Positions 11,451 to 22,572 of a DNA stretch of 42,359 nucleotides are shown in pieces; the first letter of the stretch is position 1; every line of letters starts with the position of its first letter. The DNA is from Jimgerdemannia flammicorona (taxonomy: Eukaryota). Where the stretch lies: the NCBI GenBank assembly GCA_003990765.1, contig RBNJ01000091.1, positions 1 to 42,359 of the forward strand, written 5' to 3'. The notes beneath the pieces were generated by a model, which worked only from the letters and a program-made list of their open reading frames with translations, was not told where the DNA came from and ran no database searches. The position numbers were made by a program, and so were the translations under genes.

Positions 11451-12107
11451 CGTTGATCCGGACCCCGCTGATATATGGTAGAGAATATGGCAGAAGCAGC
11501 CAATATGAGAACAATATTGAGTCATATGCAATAAAAAGACGACTTGGGCTTATTATAACCTGAATATGATGGTCCGCAAACCAAACGACAACAATAATGG
11601 TGTAAAGCGCTTGAAATGAAGATGTTGTCCAGCAAGAGATGTCTGTACCACCACAACCAAATCAACCAGTTTCGTGTCATATTTTGCAAAGCAATTGTCA
11701 CGGGTGTTATCTTATTATATCCCTTACTCCGATTTGTCACATAAGTTGCAGAGCCCGTAGCCGCATAGTATATATGCATCCCTAGGGTAAACGCGACTTT
11801 CACAAGAAACTTGCAATGACCATAGTTTATTGGGAAATGGACATAAAACATAATAATAAACTTTATATAAGGGTTGCAAGCATATTCAAAGAAATGAGGG
11901 TATATGAAATCGAGGCTACATAATAAAAAAAAAAGCCCAAGTCGAGGATGCGCCATATGTCGACATGATACTCAAATAAACGACTCCGAACCCAATCAGG
12001 ATTGGCTTTATGTAAATTAAAAAAATCGAGATCGAGCACCTCAATTTGGTAAATACAAGATGCAGCTTTTTCGAATGGAGCAGTTGGATGTGCTCGTCGG
12101 CAGTGTT

Positions 12108-13685
12108 TTACAGCGTGTTGGGATTGGTTGTATCAGTGTCGATGTCCTTGAGGTCGCGAAAGTATTCTCTAACAGGATGACATTCATGAGGGAAGAGCCA
12201 GTGTTCCTTATTGAGGGCACTGTTGATCTTCCCGATACCGCGGTGCTTCTTAAGAATTTGGAGATATGGGTTGAAGTTGTACCGATCGTGGCAGCCGTTG
12301 GTCCCCGAGATGACTTGGAACAGAGATTTGAGAGCTATTTTTCTAACATTCTCATCGGCGTCGTCAAGCTTGTTGCAGAGATCTGTGATGAATGCGGTGG
12401 ACTTCGTGTTGTTTCCAAGGCAGATCCTATTGAGCTGGTGGCAAAGAGAGCACGGTACTTTGCCAAAGCATTTTTTGTTGCTGTTCTTGCACCAAACACA
12501 AGCCATTCCCGGAGATGCTCTTTTCTCTTTCTTTTCGGTGATGTGGAGTCGACAACGCTTCTTCCTTTTCTTGCAGTCGGGACACTTGCTGCATGGTACA
12601 GGATTCGTAGTGGCGATAGGTGTGCTGAATAATTGCGGCGTGTCACTTACAGAAGATTGTGTCAAGAGGGAAAGTTGTCCAGCGGACGCATCAAGCTTTT
12701 TAGGCGGCAGATTTTGCTTGACCGCCTCGATGCCTTCAGGTACTATGGAATAAGCTTGGGAAATGACGCCGAGTGACAGACTGGGGTCGGGCTCCGATTG
12801 TTGAAGACTTTCGTCATTGCGTTTGTGAAAAGGGATTTTGTACACGATGTCCATGACGGTGTCATCTTGTTCTTCGAATGGGACAGTGGTATCGGTATTG
12901 GGGTCGGGATGGTTTTGGACATTATAGGCGACAACTTGATCGAGGTACCCGTTTCCTTCGGTATCTTTATCATTGTCGCCCAGATCGCCGGATGGAGGAG
13001 TTGTGTTGATGTCCAGATCGGAATGCCTCAGGAGGATATTGCCATAGCCGCCATATTCTTCACCATATTCTCCGGGCGCGATATTAAGGTCGAAATCACT
13101 GCCGTGATGATGTAGGGGAATGTCCACAATGTTGTTATCCAATCTGAAGTTGGTTTTGGCGGCATATTTATCGTGCGTGTCGGGGATTTGGTAGTCGATG
13201 TACTCCGCGAAGTCTTCGACAGTGTGTGCGCTGCGGTCGTCGGTTTCCTCGGACAGATTTTCTTCGGCCAGGATGCTGGAGTTATATGCGTTTAAAAAGC
13301 TTTCATCCTTTAGCTCAACGTTTATGTTGTTTATGTTTAGATTCCCTCCGACGTCTTGTAAATCGTTGAAACCTCCTTGATCGGTTGCGTTGGTGAAAAT
13401 GCTGAAACCGGATAGAAGGTCAAGATTCCCTCGGAAAATGGCCACGAATTTTGCATCGACAGTGCCGAATGGAGAGCTGATGTTTGACCCTAGCAAATCT
13501 TGAATTTTGAGGTTGTTCATGCTGGTGGAGGGGCTTTCATCATCGATGAAATCGAGGAGCACATTGGCGCGCTGACACTCCGAACTTGATTCGAGATGAG
13601 CTCGGAGGTCGTTATTGTAGTCAAAGATGAATAAACATCTTGGATTGGGACAGATACGGCGATGAAGGTTGGAATTTGGGGGCAT
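12108..13685 (-). CDS. Zn(II)2Cys6 cluster protein, copy 3, 525 aa, most complete copy
   Basis: ATG start. N-terminal CPNPRCLFIFDYNNDLRAHLESSSEC fits C-x4-C-x3-F-x5-L-x2-H; acidic middle; CSKCPDCKKRKKRCRLH; CVWCKNSNKKCFGKVPCSLCHQLNRIC. Collinear with copy 1. Confidence 0.88.
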   Translation of the reverse strand: MPPNSNLHRRICPNPRCLFIFDYNNDLRAHLESSSECQRANVLLDFIDDESPSTSMNNLKIQDLLGSNISSPFGTVDAKFVAIFRGNLDLLSGFSIFTNATDQGGFNDLQDVGGNLNINNINVELKDESFLNAYNSSILAEENLSEETDDRSAHTVEDFAEYIDYQIPDTHDKYAAKTNFRLDNNIVDIPLHHHGSDFDLNIAPGEYGEEYGGYGNILLRHSDLDINTTPPSGDLGDNDKDTEGNGYLDQVVAYNVQNHPDPNTDTTVPFEEQDDTVMDIVYKIPFHKRNDESLQQSEPDPSLSLGVISQAYSIVPEGIEAVKQNLPPKKLDASAGQLSLLTQSSVSDTPQLFSTPIATTNPVPCSKCPDCKKRKKRCRLHITEKKEKRASPGMACVWCKNSNKKCFGKVPCSLCHQLNRICLGNNTKSTAFITDLCNKLDDADENVRKIALKSLFQVISGTNGCHDRYNFNPYLQILKKHRGIGKINSALNKEHWLFPHECHPVREYFRDLKDIDTDTTNPNTL

Positions 13686-16600
13686 GTTTTTGAATAAGCA
13701 GTGGGGAAGTGTTATGCGCCGGCGACTTTATATGTTACCGACGGGTCTTATATGAAGCCCTGGTCGTCACACAAATCACAGATCGGTCATGGGGCCAGAA
13801 CGGCCAGGGTTAGGGTTGTCAAAATACTAACAAACAGTGGCCAAAAGAGGACAATAATATTAATTACGACCAATGTCCACCTTTTCGGATCCAATGATCG
13901 ACGTGAACGGCATAATCCCTCTTCTCGAACCCAGGTGGACTTCCAACGTGTGTAGTTCTGCTATTTCATACTTTCGCAACGTCGAGGATACCGATATGGA
14001 CGTCAGTTCGCTGCAACAAGCGCTCGTTCTCAGTGTTGACCAATTAGCCCTATTTGTAAAAGTTTTGTTCAGAGTTATTTATTTGAATCGCTCTTTATAT
14101 ACCCTTTCGCTTTCGAAATTGACTTTTTGCTTTTTCCTTACGTTTTTAATACCCATACTCAAATAAACAATGTTCTGATTATCTTCTTCGGATTTTTTCA
14201 CTGAAGATGCATGCGCGAAGCAATGAATCTCTTATACCATGTGGCTGATACAAGATCACATTCCCGTGACATGGCCAAAAGCGAAACAGGCAGCGGAAGC
14301 GAATATTAACAGTCACCGTGGCTTGCTTGCCACGTGCCCAAGGGTCCTACGAGTTCAACTCCGCACCTATGGCCCTGACGACCAACTGCCTCGTCTTCTC
14401 CAACTCACTCTCTCCAGACCTCCTTCGCCAATCTCGGCGGCTTCCCTCTACCTCCGTCTCGATCGCCCTGTCTACCAGGACCATCTACTTGAGCCCGTCA
14501 TTAGCTATCACCGTTTACCTCCTCAGCGGGGCCGCCAAGGCATAAGGCTTGGATGGAATTCGCGTTCAAGCGAAGAGAAATCAATAGCGAGAAAAACACC
14601 GTATTCGAAACATCGACCTCTGCCCCAACCCCACCTCCAACCACAACTTTCTTTCCCATCGTCGCCACCCGCTTCATTATTGCCCGCCTTCTTCGACATC
14701 GCCATTTGGGATACTCTGCCTTCCTCGATTTTTGTTACATCTCGCTGGCTCTGCAGCCGTGGCCACTCACGCATGGCGTACGGGTTCTGCGGTGGACCCG
14801 TCGGGCTAGGGCATACCATACCATACCAGGGATGCCGTTCGCGGTGCAGCGCATCTTGAATAAGAAGAGTGGAGGTGGAGAGAAAGCGAAAAGGAGGGGT
14901 GGAGATATGCGATCGTGGTGGGCGTGGCAGGCGGGTTGGTCGCGATTAGGAGGATGAAAAAGATTCCGTTGGGGTTGGGTTATTTGGTAAGGTATTGCCG
15001 CAGAGCTGGATGAAGTAAGGTAGGAGGGAACGTCAGTGTAGCATATGCTGTTAGAAAATACAATATCCAGAAAGCGGGACCAGGGGTGTAGTGTAAGCGA
15101 TGGTGTCCAATAAACAAAAGTCGTTCAGCTTACTATTCGATGCTTGTACACCAGCGGAATTGTTTTTTTTTACCTGGTCGTCTTATTCGTTCACGTGGAG
15201 TGACAAATACAGTTTCGATATTGTCGTCTGGCATGACCGACAACTTCGGGCCATCCGTCGGATCTTTCCAATCTCTCCTATGGCGTCTCGTCACACTATG
15301 GGACGTTCTGACATACTATCGTGGTGTTTGCGTTGGTGCAGCCGTGGTTCAGAGAGCGGTAAAGTTTGCCTTTTAAGTTCTAGCTAATATTACGCGGGAT
15401 TTGTTATAATAAACAGCATCGACTCGTCGTCGTCGAACACGTGGTAAATATTTACAATGTCTAAATGAGCAGAGAACTAAACTATCTCTTCCCAAAAGAG
15501 TGAAGCGTGCACAAGGCGGGTCATCGTCCCTGGTCGTGAAGACGGAGATAAGAACTGTTTTGCAAGGGAGAGTATGTAGTTTCTGGGATCCATAAGTAGA
15601 AGTTGTGCACGGGCCATTTCGCGTTGTCGGTCATGCCGGACAACGAGGGTTCGCAGGACTGGCTATTTGCCACCTCACGTGAACGGAAGAGACGATCAAG
15701 TAATAGGGGAGGGAAGTGCAAGTGCAAACGCTCCTTCGCTTTTCCCCGAGGCGCGTGCACAGAGTGACATTCTTGACTGATAATTGGGACTGACAAGGAC
15801 AAAAGATACAGTTATGATTGTAAGCTACTGACATTACTTTTTCGATAAGCAACTAATATAACATCTTCGACGTGGGCGGATTGGCGCCCTCTTGTGGCAA
15901 CTGTCATAGTAGAGCGCCGAGTTTGAGCGTGAGAAGGGTGGTGGGGATGTCGGAAGTTGCTTTGGTGTTTTCATGCGTTCGAGAAGAGGGGGTATTACGT
16001 GGAAAGTTTGATCGCTTATATCGCCTGAATGGCTCACGTTAGTCAATTAACCCGAACAGATGATCGGTATCGGGTAGTAAGATGAATGACTTTATTTATT
16101 GGACACCATAGCTTACACTACACCCCTGGCTCCGCTTTCTGAATATGTTGTGTTTTTTCTAGCAGCATATATCTACAGTGATGTTCCTTCTCTGGCACCT
16201 GGCACCTCCCCATCGTGACCAACCTAGGCCCGTCACACCCACGACGACCACACATCTCCCCGTCGTACCACCACTTCGTTTCGCCTACTCCCCACCACTA
16301 CTCTTTTTTCAACACGGAAGGATATCCCTGATACGCCAACCACGAGTACCCTTATACTGTGAATAGCCACCGCTGCAGAACTAGGAAAACCGAGTCTCCG
16401 AAATGGCGGCGTGGAAGAAAGCAGGCAACAACAAAGTGAGTGGCGACAATGGGAATGAAAAGGCCCGAAAGTAGTGGTAGGAGAGGGGTTGGGGAAGAGG
16501 TTGACGTTTCCACTATGGTATGTTCTCACAACTGGTTTAAGGCAAATTCCTTGATCCCCGCCTTGAAATGGACGGTGAGGGAACCGTAGGTAATGACGGG

Positions 16601-16714
16601 CTGAGGTAGACGGTCTTGGGGAGAGGGGGCGACGGAGAAGGAGGTAGCGATTCGCGAGGCCGACACGTAGTGAGGAGGCATATAGTCGACGAACATGGAG
16701 AGGTTTCCGGCGGT

Positions 16715-16915
16715 GTCTTCGGACTGATTTTCATAGTCAAGTTACTAGAGTCAATAGCTCATCGACAGTGCTTGGCAAGTGTTGAATTTTGAGTTTCTCT
16801 TCGGGGACACATTGGGGTGTTGTAACTTTGAACTTGAGTTCGGAGAATGTCGTCGCAGTCAAGTATGAATAGAAGCCTCAGGTAATGTTGGAGGTGGGGA
16901 CATGTTTTGAATAAG
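16715..16915 (-). pseudogene. 5' fragment of the Zn-cluster gene family, inverted relative to its counterpart at 8760-8960
   Basis: Minus strand reads CTTATTCAAAACATGTCCCCACCTCCAAC..CTATTCATACTTGACTGCGACGACATTCTCCGAACTCAAG. Confidence 0.65.
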
Positions 16916-19214
16916 TGAGTAGAAGAAAGCCGTCCGCAGGGGATGTTATCTGATTTTACGACGTTCACCCGCGTTAAAATGGGTGACGTATTTGCTCCTC
17001 ACGTTTCATTGTCCGTCACCGACTATACTGTCGTTGTCCCTAGGACCACACCCGCTCCTGTCTCTAGAACCACACCTACCCCTGTTCCCGACGTTACATG
17101 TCTATCGCACCTCCTCTCCAGATCTCCGTCGCGGCGAACTACCAATCGAAGTGAGGTGAATTGAATGACAATAAATATAATGGACCCTATATCATGGTGA
17201 TCTTGTTTAGTATTTCGCAAAACCCTTGAACTTGTTATGTTACTAACAATAGTAAGCTCGGACAGTGTTTGATGTCATAGACTTTTTTTTTTCTTTTTTC
17301 CCGTATTTACACGTCCCTTCACCATGGCAGCAAGCTTTCAGTTGCGCTTTTCGAAATAGCACTTTTTACAGTTTTTGGTGGCACTTTACACCATCGCAAT
17401 TGTCGTCTGACTCACAGCCCATTTGTATGGATTCCTTTCTCTCCTTGCCTTATTTGTTATTCTCCTCTCCATTCTCCCACCCATTTTTTTTTTGTCCTCG
17501 TTCTCCATCTTCATCCCATTATATGTCACTGCATTTTTTGTAACAATACGATTGGACAGCGTGATCATTTCTGCAAATCGGAACTCACGACAGCGTATAT
17601 ATATACAAATCCTTTCCTTCTCTAGAAATCGCTCATCGAACACGTGTAATATGATTGGAAAACCTCTTAGATATGTGCACTAATACAGCAGTCTTTGACT
17701 GTAAGAAACCTCAAACCGCAATCGGAACACCACACCACACGACATTGATCTTGGCTTTCTGATGATTCGCCCCCTAGTGGCGTCGTGGATATCGTCCTTA
17801 CTGAGTGGCGCTCTAACTCTACAGGGCTAACGTACTCCTACAAGTCCGTCTCACTATTAAAACGTTGACATATCATTGTCTTCGTGCGTATGTACCTTTT
17901 ATACTATAGTTGATATCATGTGGGCAATAAATTACAATAAACAGCCAGCTGCTCAAATGTTTTACCAAAAGCGATGAAGCATGCATATGGTCCCCAGTTA
18001 TGAAGAGTACAGATTGTGGGAGCGGAGGTGACCCATGAGTGGAAATTATGGCCCCAGCTGACGGCGGGTCATTTCAAGGCGGTCTGGTCCGCGTTGTCCG
18101 TCACGCAGGATGACGAGGGTTCGCAGGACCGGTTCGGATGTTGAGACAAAGTGAACTGAGTGGACGGGGCTAGTTATCTCCACAGGTAAATGGAAATGAA
18201 TCATTCCAATCAAAAAATGCTAGGTGCAGACGTCCCTTCGCCTTTCCGCCCGACATGCGTGGACACCGTGACATCCTCCCATCCGGTCAAGAACAAAAAA
18301 GGTAGCCATGATTACAAACTACTGCGATGGGCGACGAATATTATCTGGTGGAGGGGGAATCGGTCACCCCGTTTGTATGCATACCCGATACCTGCCCACC
18401 AGTTCGGATTCATTGACCAACATGAGCCTTTCAGGCCACATAAGCGATCGGACTATTCCCTCTTCTAAACACCAAGCAACCCCTAATATTCTCACCACCA
18501 TTTTCACGCTCAGACTTTTCGTTTATTATAGAGACTGTTGTAAGATGCCACCAACCAGTACATCTATCACACCCATCACAATCACATATCTCCTCATCCT
18601 ACACCACCACACTGTTTCGCCTTATCCCGACCACCACTCTTCTTTTCAACACGTCGCACCACGAACGGCATTCCTGGTATACCGCCAGCCCAAAAAATCC
18701 AATGCGAAATCCGTGAGTGATCACCGCTGCAGAGCGAGCGAGATGTAAGAAAATCGAGGAAGGCCGGAAGGAAGCGTGCAACAACAATGTGAGTTGTGAC
18801 GATGGGAAGGAGGAGAAAACCCGAAAAGGAGTGGTAGGAGAGGAAGGGTGTGGTCGGAGGCGGGGTAGGCGGAGATATTGGCGTTTTGACTATAGTATTT
18901 TTCTTACTACTGCTTCCCTTTCGCTTGAACGCAAATTTCTTGACCCTCGCCTTGGGCGTGATGCGCCGCAGCAAATATGTCACCTGCACCAAACCCCTGT
19001 TTCTCACCACGACTCCCACATAACACATCTACCGCACCTATGACACCCTAACGATCATCATCCAGCCAGCCTCCGCCCTCGCCCTTCTCCGTCGTCAACC
19101 TCGGCAGCATCGACCTCTACCAGGACCGCCGTCATTACCTATGGTGCCCTCACCGTTCAGCCGCGAAACCGAGAGTTTTCTCCCAATCATGCTTCCACTT
19201 CACTAACTTCACTA

Positions 19215-19460
19215 TCACTCAACCCTATCTGTCTCAATCCAAGGTGTCTGTTTATCGTTGACAGCGGTGGACCTTCGAACTCAAGTTCAAAGTGTCAAAG
19301 CTTAATTTCATCGATCCACCAGCTCAATAACTTCAAAATCCAACACTTGCTAAGCACTGTCGATAAAAATTATGAGCTTTTGAACATCAATGACTCCAGA
19401 ATCCTGGCCAATGAAAATCTGTCCGACACCGTCGGAAACATCGAGTTCAGCGACTATATG
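19215..19460 (+). pseudogene. 5' fragment of the Zn-cluster gene family, right end of the array
   Basis: CACTTGCTAAGCACTGTCGAT..GAATCCTGGCCAATGAAAATCTGTCCGACACCGTCGGAAAC matches ~1650-1740. Confidence 0.65.
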
Positions 19461-20432
19461 TAGTATTTTCCTGTGGTGGCTTTGTCACGCGTGTCACCTG
19501 ACCAGATGGGAGATGTACATAGTGTGGGGCGTTAGGACGCGTGACGTATGATTGGTTGGCGGCATTGCTTAATTGAACCATTGCTTTCTTTTCTTCTATT
19601 TTTTATTTTTCGCTTCAAAAAGCTGCGCCATTTGCTTGGCGTGATCCATTGGATCGGTTCAATATACAATACGGTCCGGCAAGATAGTTGTAATGTAGGA
19701 GTCGACTATCATCCAGTACCAGTTGAAACGAATCGGCCGCGATTATAATGTTGTCGCTACCTCATGCTTTGTTCAGATTATCAGTCGCTTCCAACTGTAT
19801 CCTATTCAGGTAAAAACCGACAAACGGAATAATTAAAAATGGCCGCCTTAATATGGTCATCATTCACCAAATATATCAAATATATCCATCAACGCCCCCA
19901 TATACAGTTATTGAAATTATAGATGTTAAATTTCATTCATTTAGGAATTATTGATGTGCACACGCATCCTCCCGAGGAGCAACATGGCGAAAGGGGACCA
20001 GCCAGAGACAAGTATAGTACAAGAGGGAAACGGAACGCGTGGAGATGTGTAAGACGAAAAGACGAAAGGGGAGTACGCAGGAAATCTTTTCGTTTTGGTA
20101 CCACTGCATTGATTAGACGATCCAATCAAATTACGCTAGATACGCTGTGATAACTCTCCTCCCAAATATACTAATACTTACAACAATCAGTTTACGATGT
20201 TTGCTTCTCGCAGTAATCGACGTGGTATTAAAGAATGTTCCGCCCATTCCCCAAAAGTTCCCATGTCCCTGACTTACTTTCAATCAACCCTTTATTGCCG
20301 AGACTCCCACCTACCTCTCTCGAAAGAATCAAGGATATATGGCGCAACCGTACAGATAATGAGAATACAAAGATTGAGGCCAAGGCTGAGATAATGGAGT
20401 ACATAGTTATTCACACCAACAAATGAACCATT

Positions 20433-21458
20433 CTATGTGCTAGTTATCGATAACTGCTTGCCGGCGACAGACCATTCACTTAAATGCTGCCCGTTTACAA
20501 TCAATGGAATGCTATTGGAGTACAGACGGTAGTTTTCCTCAATCTTTTTCCACCTGTTAATGGCAGTTTTCAATTGGAAGTTGCCGGCCCCGCCATTTTT
20601 CGCCATGGTGTCATATTTTTGGGAGATATCCTCAAGGTACCCAACGATCTCGCCCCAAAAATTATAAAAGACAGTGATGCTCACGATTAGGATTTGCATT
20701 TCGGCATACACCTCGCCAATCCTCTTATAGACGCTATCCAAAGTCGTGGCTTTCGACTCTTCTTGTCTGAGGTTCCCCGCCAACGTTTTAGCCTCCTCGA
20801 AACAATCATCGGCACATTTTCCCGTCACACCGGCCAACACCGCGGTACCGGTGGCGGCACCGATTCCTATTGTTCCGCCGGTGGCAGTGGTTGCGACGGT
20901 GCCTGCGACAAGTCCAACGCCTCCGGTGGCTACGGCTAGCCCCACGGCTCCTGTTACGGCTAAGGCACCGATAGCAATTTTTTTGTTCCGCTCATGGCGG
21001 TCATCTTTGATCTGCTGCTGGATCTTGCTTTGTTCTTCGGTGATTTCGTTGCGGCGTTTCTCGAGCATGTTGGTATCAGTCGTTAAATTACGTGCAATAC
21101 TATCGAAACCTTCCTTGAATCTCGCGGCTTCTTTCTGGTATTTTTGTGCTTCTTGAATCAGATCGTCCTTGCCTTCCATGAAGTCCTTCTTGTCGGCCGC
21201 TGTGCTGTTCGGACGCATCAGTTCAAGGAGGTCTTGAACGTCACGGGCGTAACCTGCACCGCGGCGTGTGTGGTCGGAGGTCTCTTTAGACAAAATTTTG
21301 AAGTTGTCAAAGTGATCGGAAACTTTGCGAAGGATTTTGTTGGTTTGGTCGTCGTCGATGTGGGCGGTGACAGCACGGGTGAAGCTGGCGACACAACCCT
21401 CGAACACGTCGCAGATCTTGGAGACATTACTCTCATCTTCTATCTTAGTTAGAGACAT
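20433..21458 (-). CDS. Putative ClyA/Hbl/Nhe-like alpha-pore-forming toxin component A, 341 aa
   Basis: Intronless. Amphipathic/coiled-coil helices flank a ~50-aa Gly/Ala/Val/Thr hydrophobic hairpin (IAIGALAVTGAVGLAVATGGVGLVAG..AVLAGVTG). C-terminal YNFWGEIVGYLED and RWKKIEENYRLY; no evident signal peptide. ORF is solid; family call is by architecture. Confidence 0.75.
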   Translation of the reverse strand: MSLTKIEDESNVSKICDVFEGCVASFTRAVTAHIDDDQTNKILRKVSDHFDNFKILSKETSDHTRRGAGYARDVQDLLELMRPNSTAADKKDFMEGKDDLIQEAQKYQKEAARFKEGFDSIARNLTTDTNMLEKRRNEITEEQSKIQQQIKDDRHERNKKIAIGALAVTGAVGLAVATGGVGLVAGTVATTATGGTIGIGAATGTAVLAGVTGKCADDCFEEAKTLAGNLRQEESKATTLDSVYKRIGEVYAEMQILIVSITVFYNFWGEIVGYLEDISQKYDTMAKNGGAGNFQLKTAINRWKKIEENYRLYSNSIPLIVNGQHLSEWSVAGKQLSITST

Positions 21459-22572
21459 CGTTGGCTGAGGTGTTTAGAGAAGTGAATTTTTTTGAGAAAA
21501 CGCACACGCTGTTAAATATTTGTAGCCCAATTTCCGCAGGCGCATTGTGATCTCCCAGATGACCCTATTGCAATATTAGATAATAACATTCTTGGGAATT
21601 TTCTATTTTCAGTAAACAAATAAACATTTGATGGTATTGTCCAGAAAACATTCAACGCCATCTTGATATTTTCAATTTAAGCTGGATTTCGTTTTCAACC
21701 GTTCAACGAAAAAGAAATATATTTGTGATCATTTTGCTATTGGCGGAGATATTTCGGATTTGGTTGTCGGATAGGGAGCATGAAGTTTCCAATGATAAAC
21801 GACCTTTAACGACAACTGATCCGGAACTTGTCAGTGACTGGGAAACCTGATCCGCAGCTTGAATAACCATTCCGCAGATCCGCAGCATTCATAACTAATC
21901 CGCAGCGCGGAGCGATAATGACTAAGCGCATAGAACGACAATGCGTGAGGCTATATTGAGTTCCGCTCAGATCAGAACCAACCTTAATTATTACCACATA
22001 TGGTAAATAAGGTTGGTTTTGATTTGAACTCCCTTCAATGTAGGCGCAGAACGATGAACGGCGACTGTCAAGAAACAAATCTCTTCAGATAATCACACCA
22101 ACAATTGAGTTTAAGGCTTCGAATAAGTACCGAAAGTACTGGTACCGTCCCAATACTGTCTGGCCCGGTGCCGGTACCGCCTGTACCATCACGGAGAGAA
22201 CCGGTTCTGACACTTTTCTATACAGATTTGTGCTGAGCGTACACAATCTGATCTTAAACATCTGCCGATGAAATTTATCTGCTGGCAATGCCTACTGTCA
22301 CATTATAGATATGTATATAACAAAACCAGACCGCTCTGTACCAGTACCAGTACTGAAATGCAAGTACCATCCCATTAGGCTCTAATTGAGATAAATCATA
22401 GTATACATACATATATATTCCGATGACTGTCCTGGCGTATTGATTTATAAATATTGTGTCGGAGTAATGTAAATATTGGCGTGAACTCCATTTATGGCTA
22501 GTCAAATAGACGATCTTCGGTGGTCACCACGCGAACTGGTTTCTGAGCCACCGCATATTTAAAACTGACAAG
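21459..22572. promoter_or_regulatory. Shared divergent intergenic region with TCCGCAG cluster
   Basis: TCCGCAG at 21533, 21851, 21871, 21879 and 21899; the last four form a diverged 28-bp tandem pair (21850-21905). ATATTTAA boxes face each gene (~21512-21519 on minus; ~22555-22562 on plus). Confidence 0.5.

Larger units (their letters stand above)
1540..19500. repeat. Hierarchical segmental-duplication array of a Zn-cluster gene unit (direct and inverted copies)
   Basis: ~1.5-11 kb is repeated directly from ~11.2 kb (1711 matches ~11327; 2394 matches ~12076; 5200-6700 matches ~15170-16660), and a third start appears at ~19200-19500. Within it, ~2100-5100 and ~5950-8600 are diverged inverted copies of each other. 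Confidence 0.9.

Noticed and set aside
14239-14957. Module B ORFs (e.g. 14239-14859, 4390-4740, 18594-19028) as a protein family
   Set aside because: Frames shift between copies, many starts are non-ATG, and no domain is recognisable.
19500-20430. Short ORFs between the array and the toxin-like pair
   Set aside because: Under 80 aa, overlapping on both strands, no motifs; treated as intergenic.
22125-22375. GTAC-rich cluster as a possible MITE
   Set aside because: No convincing terminal inverted repeats or TSD found.
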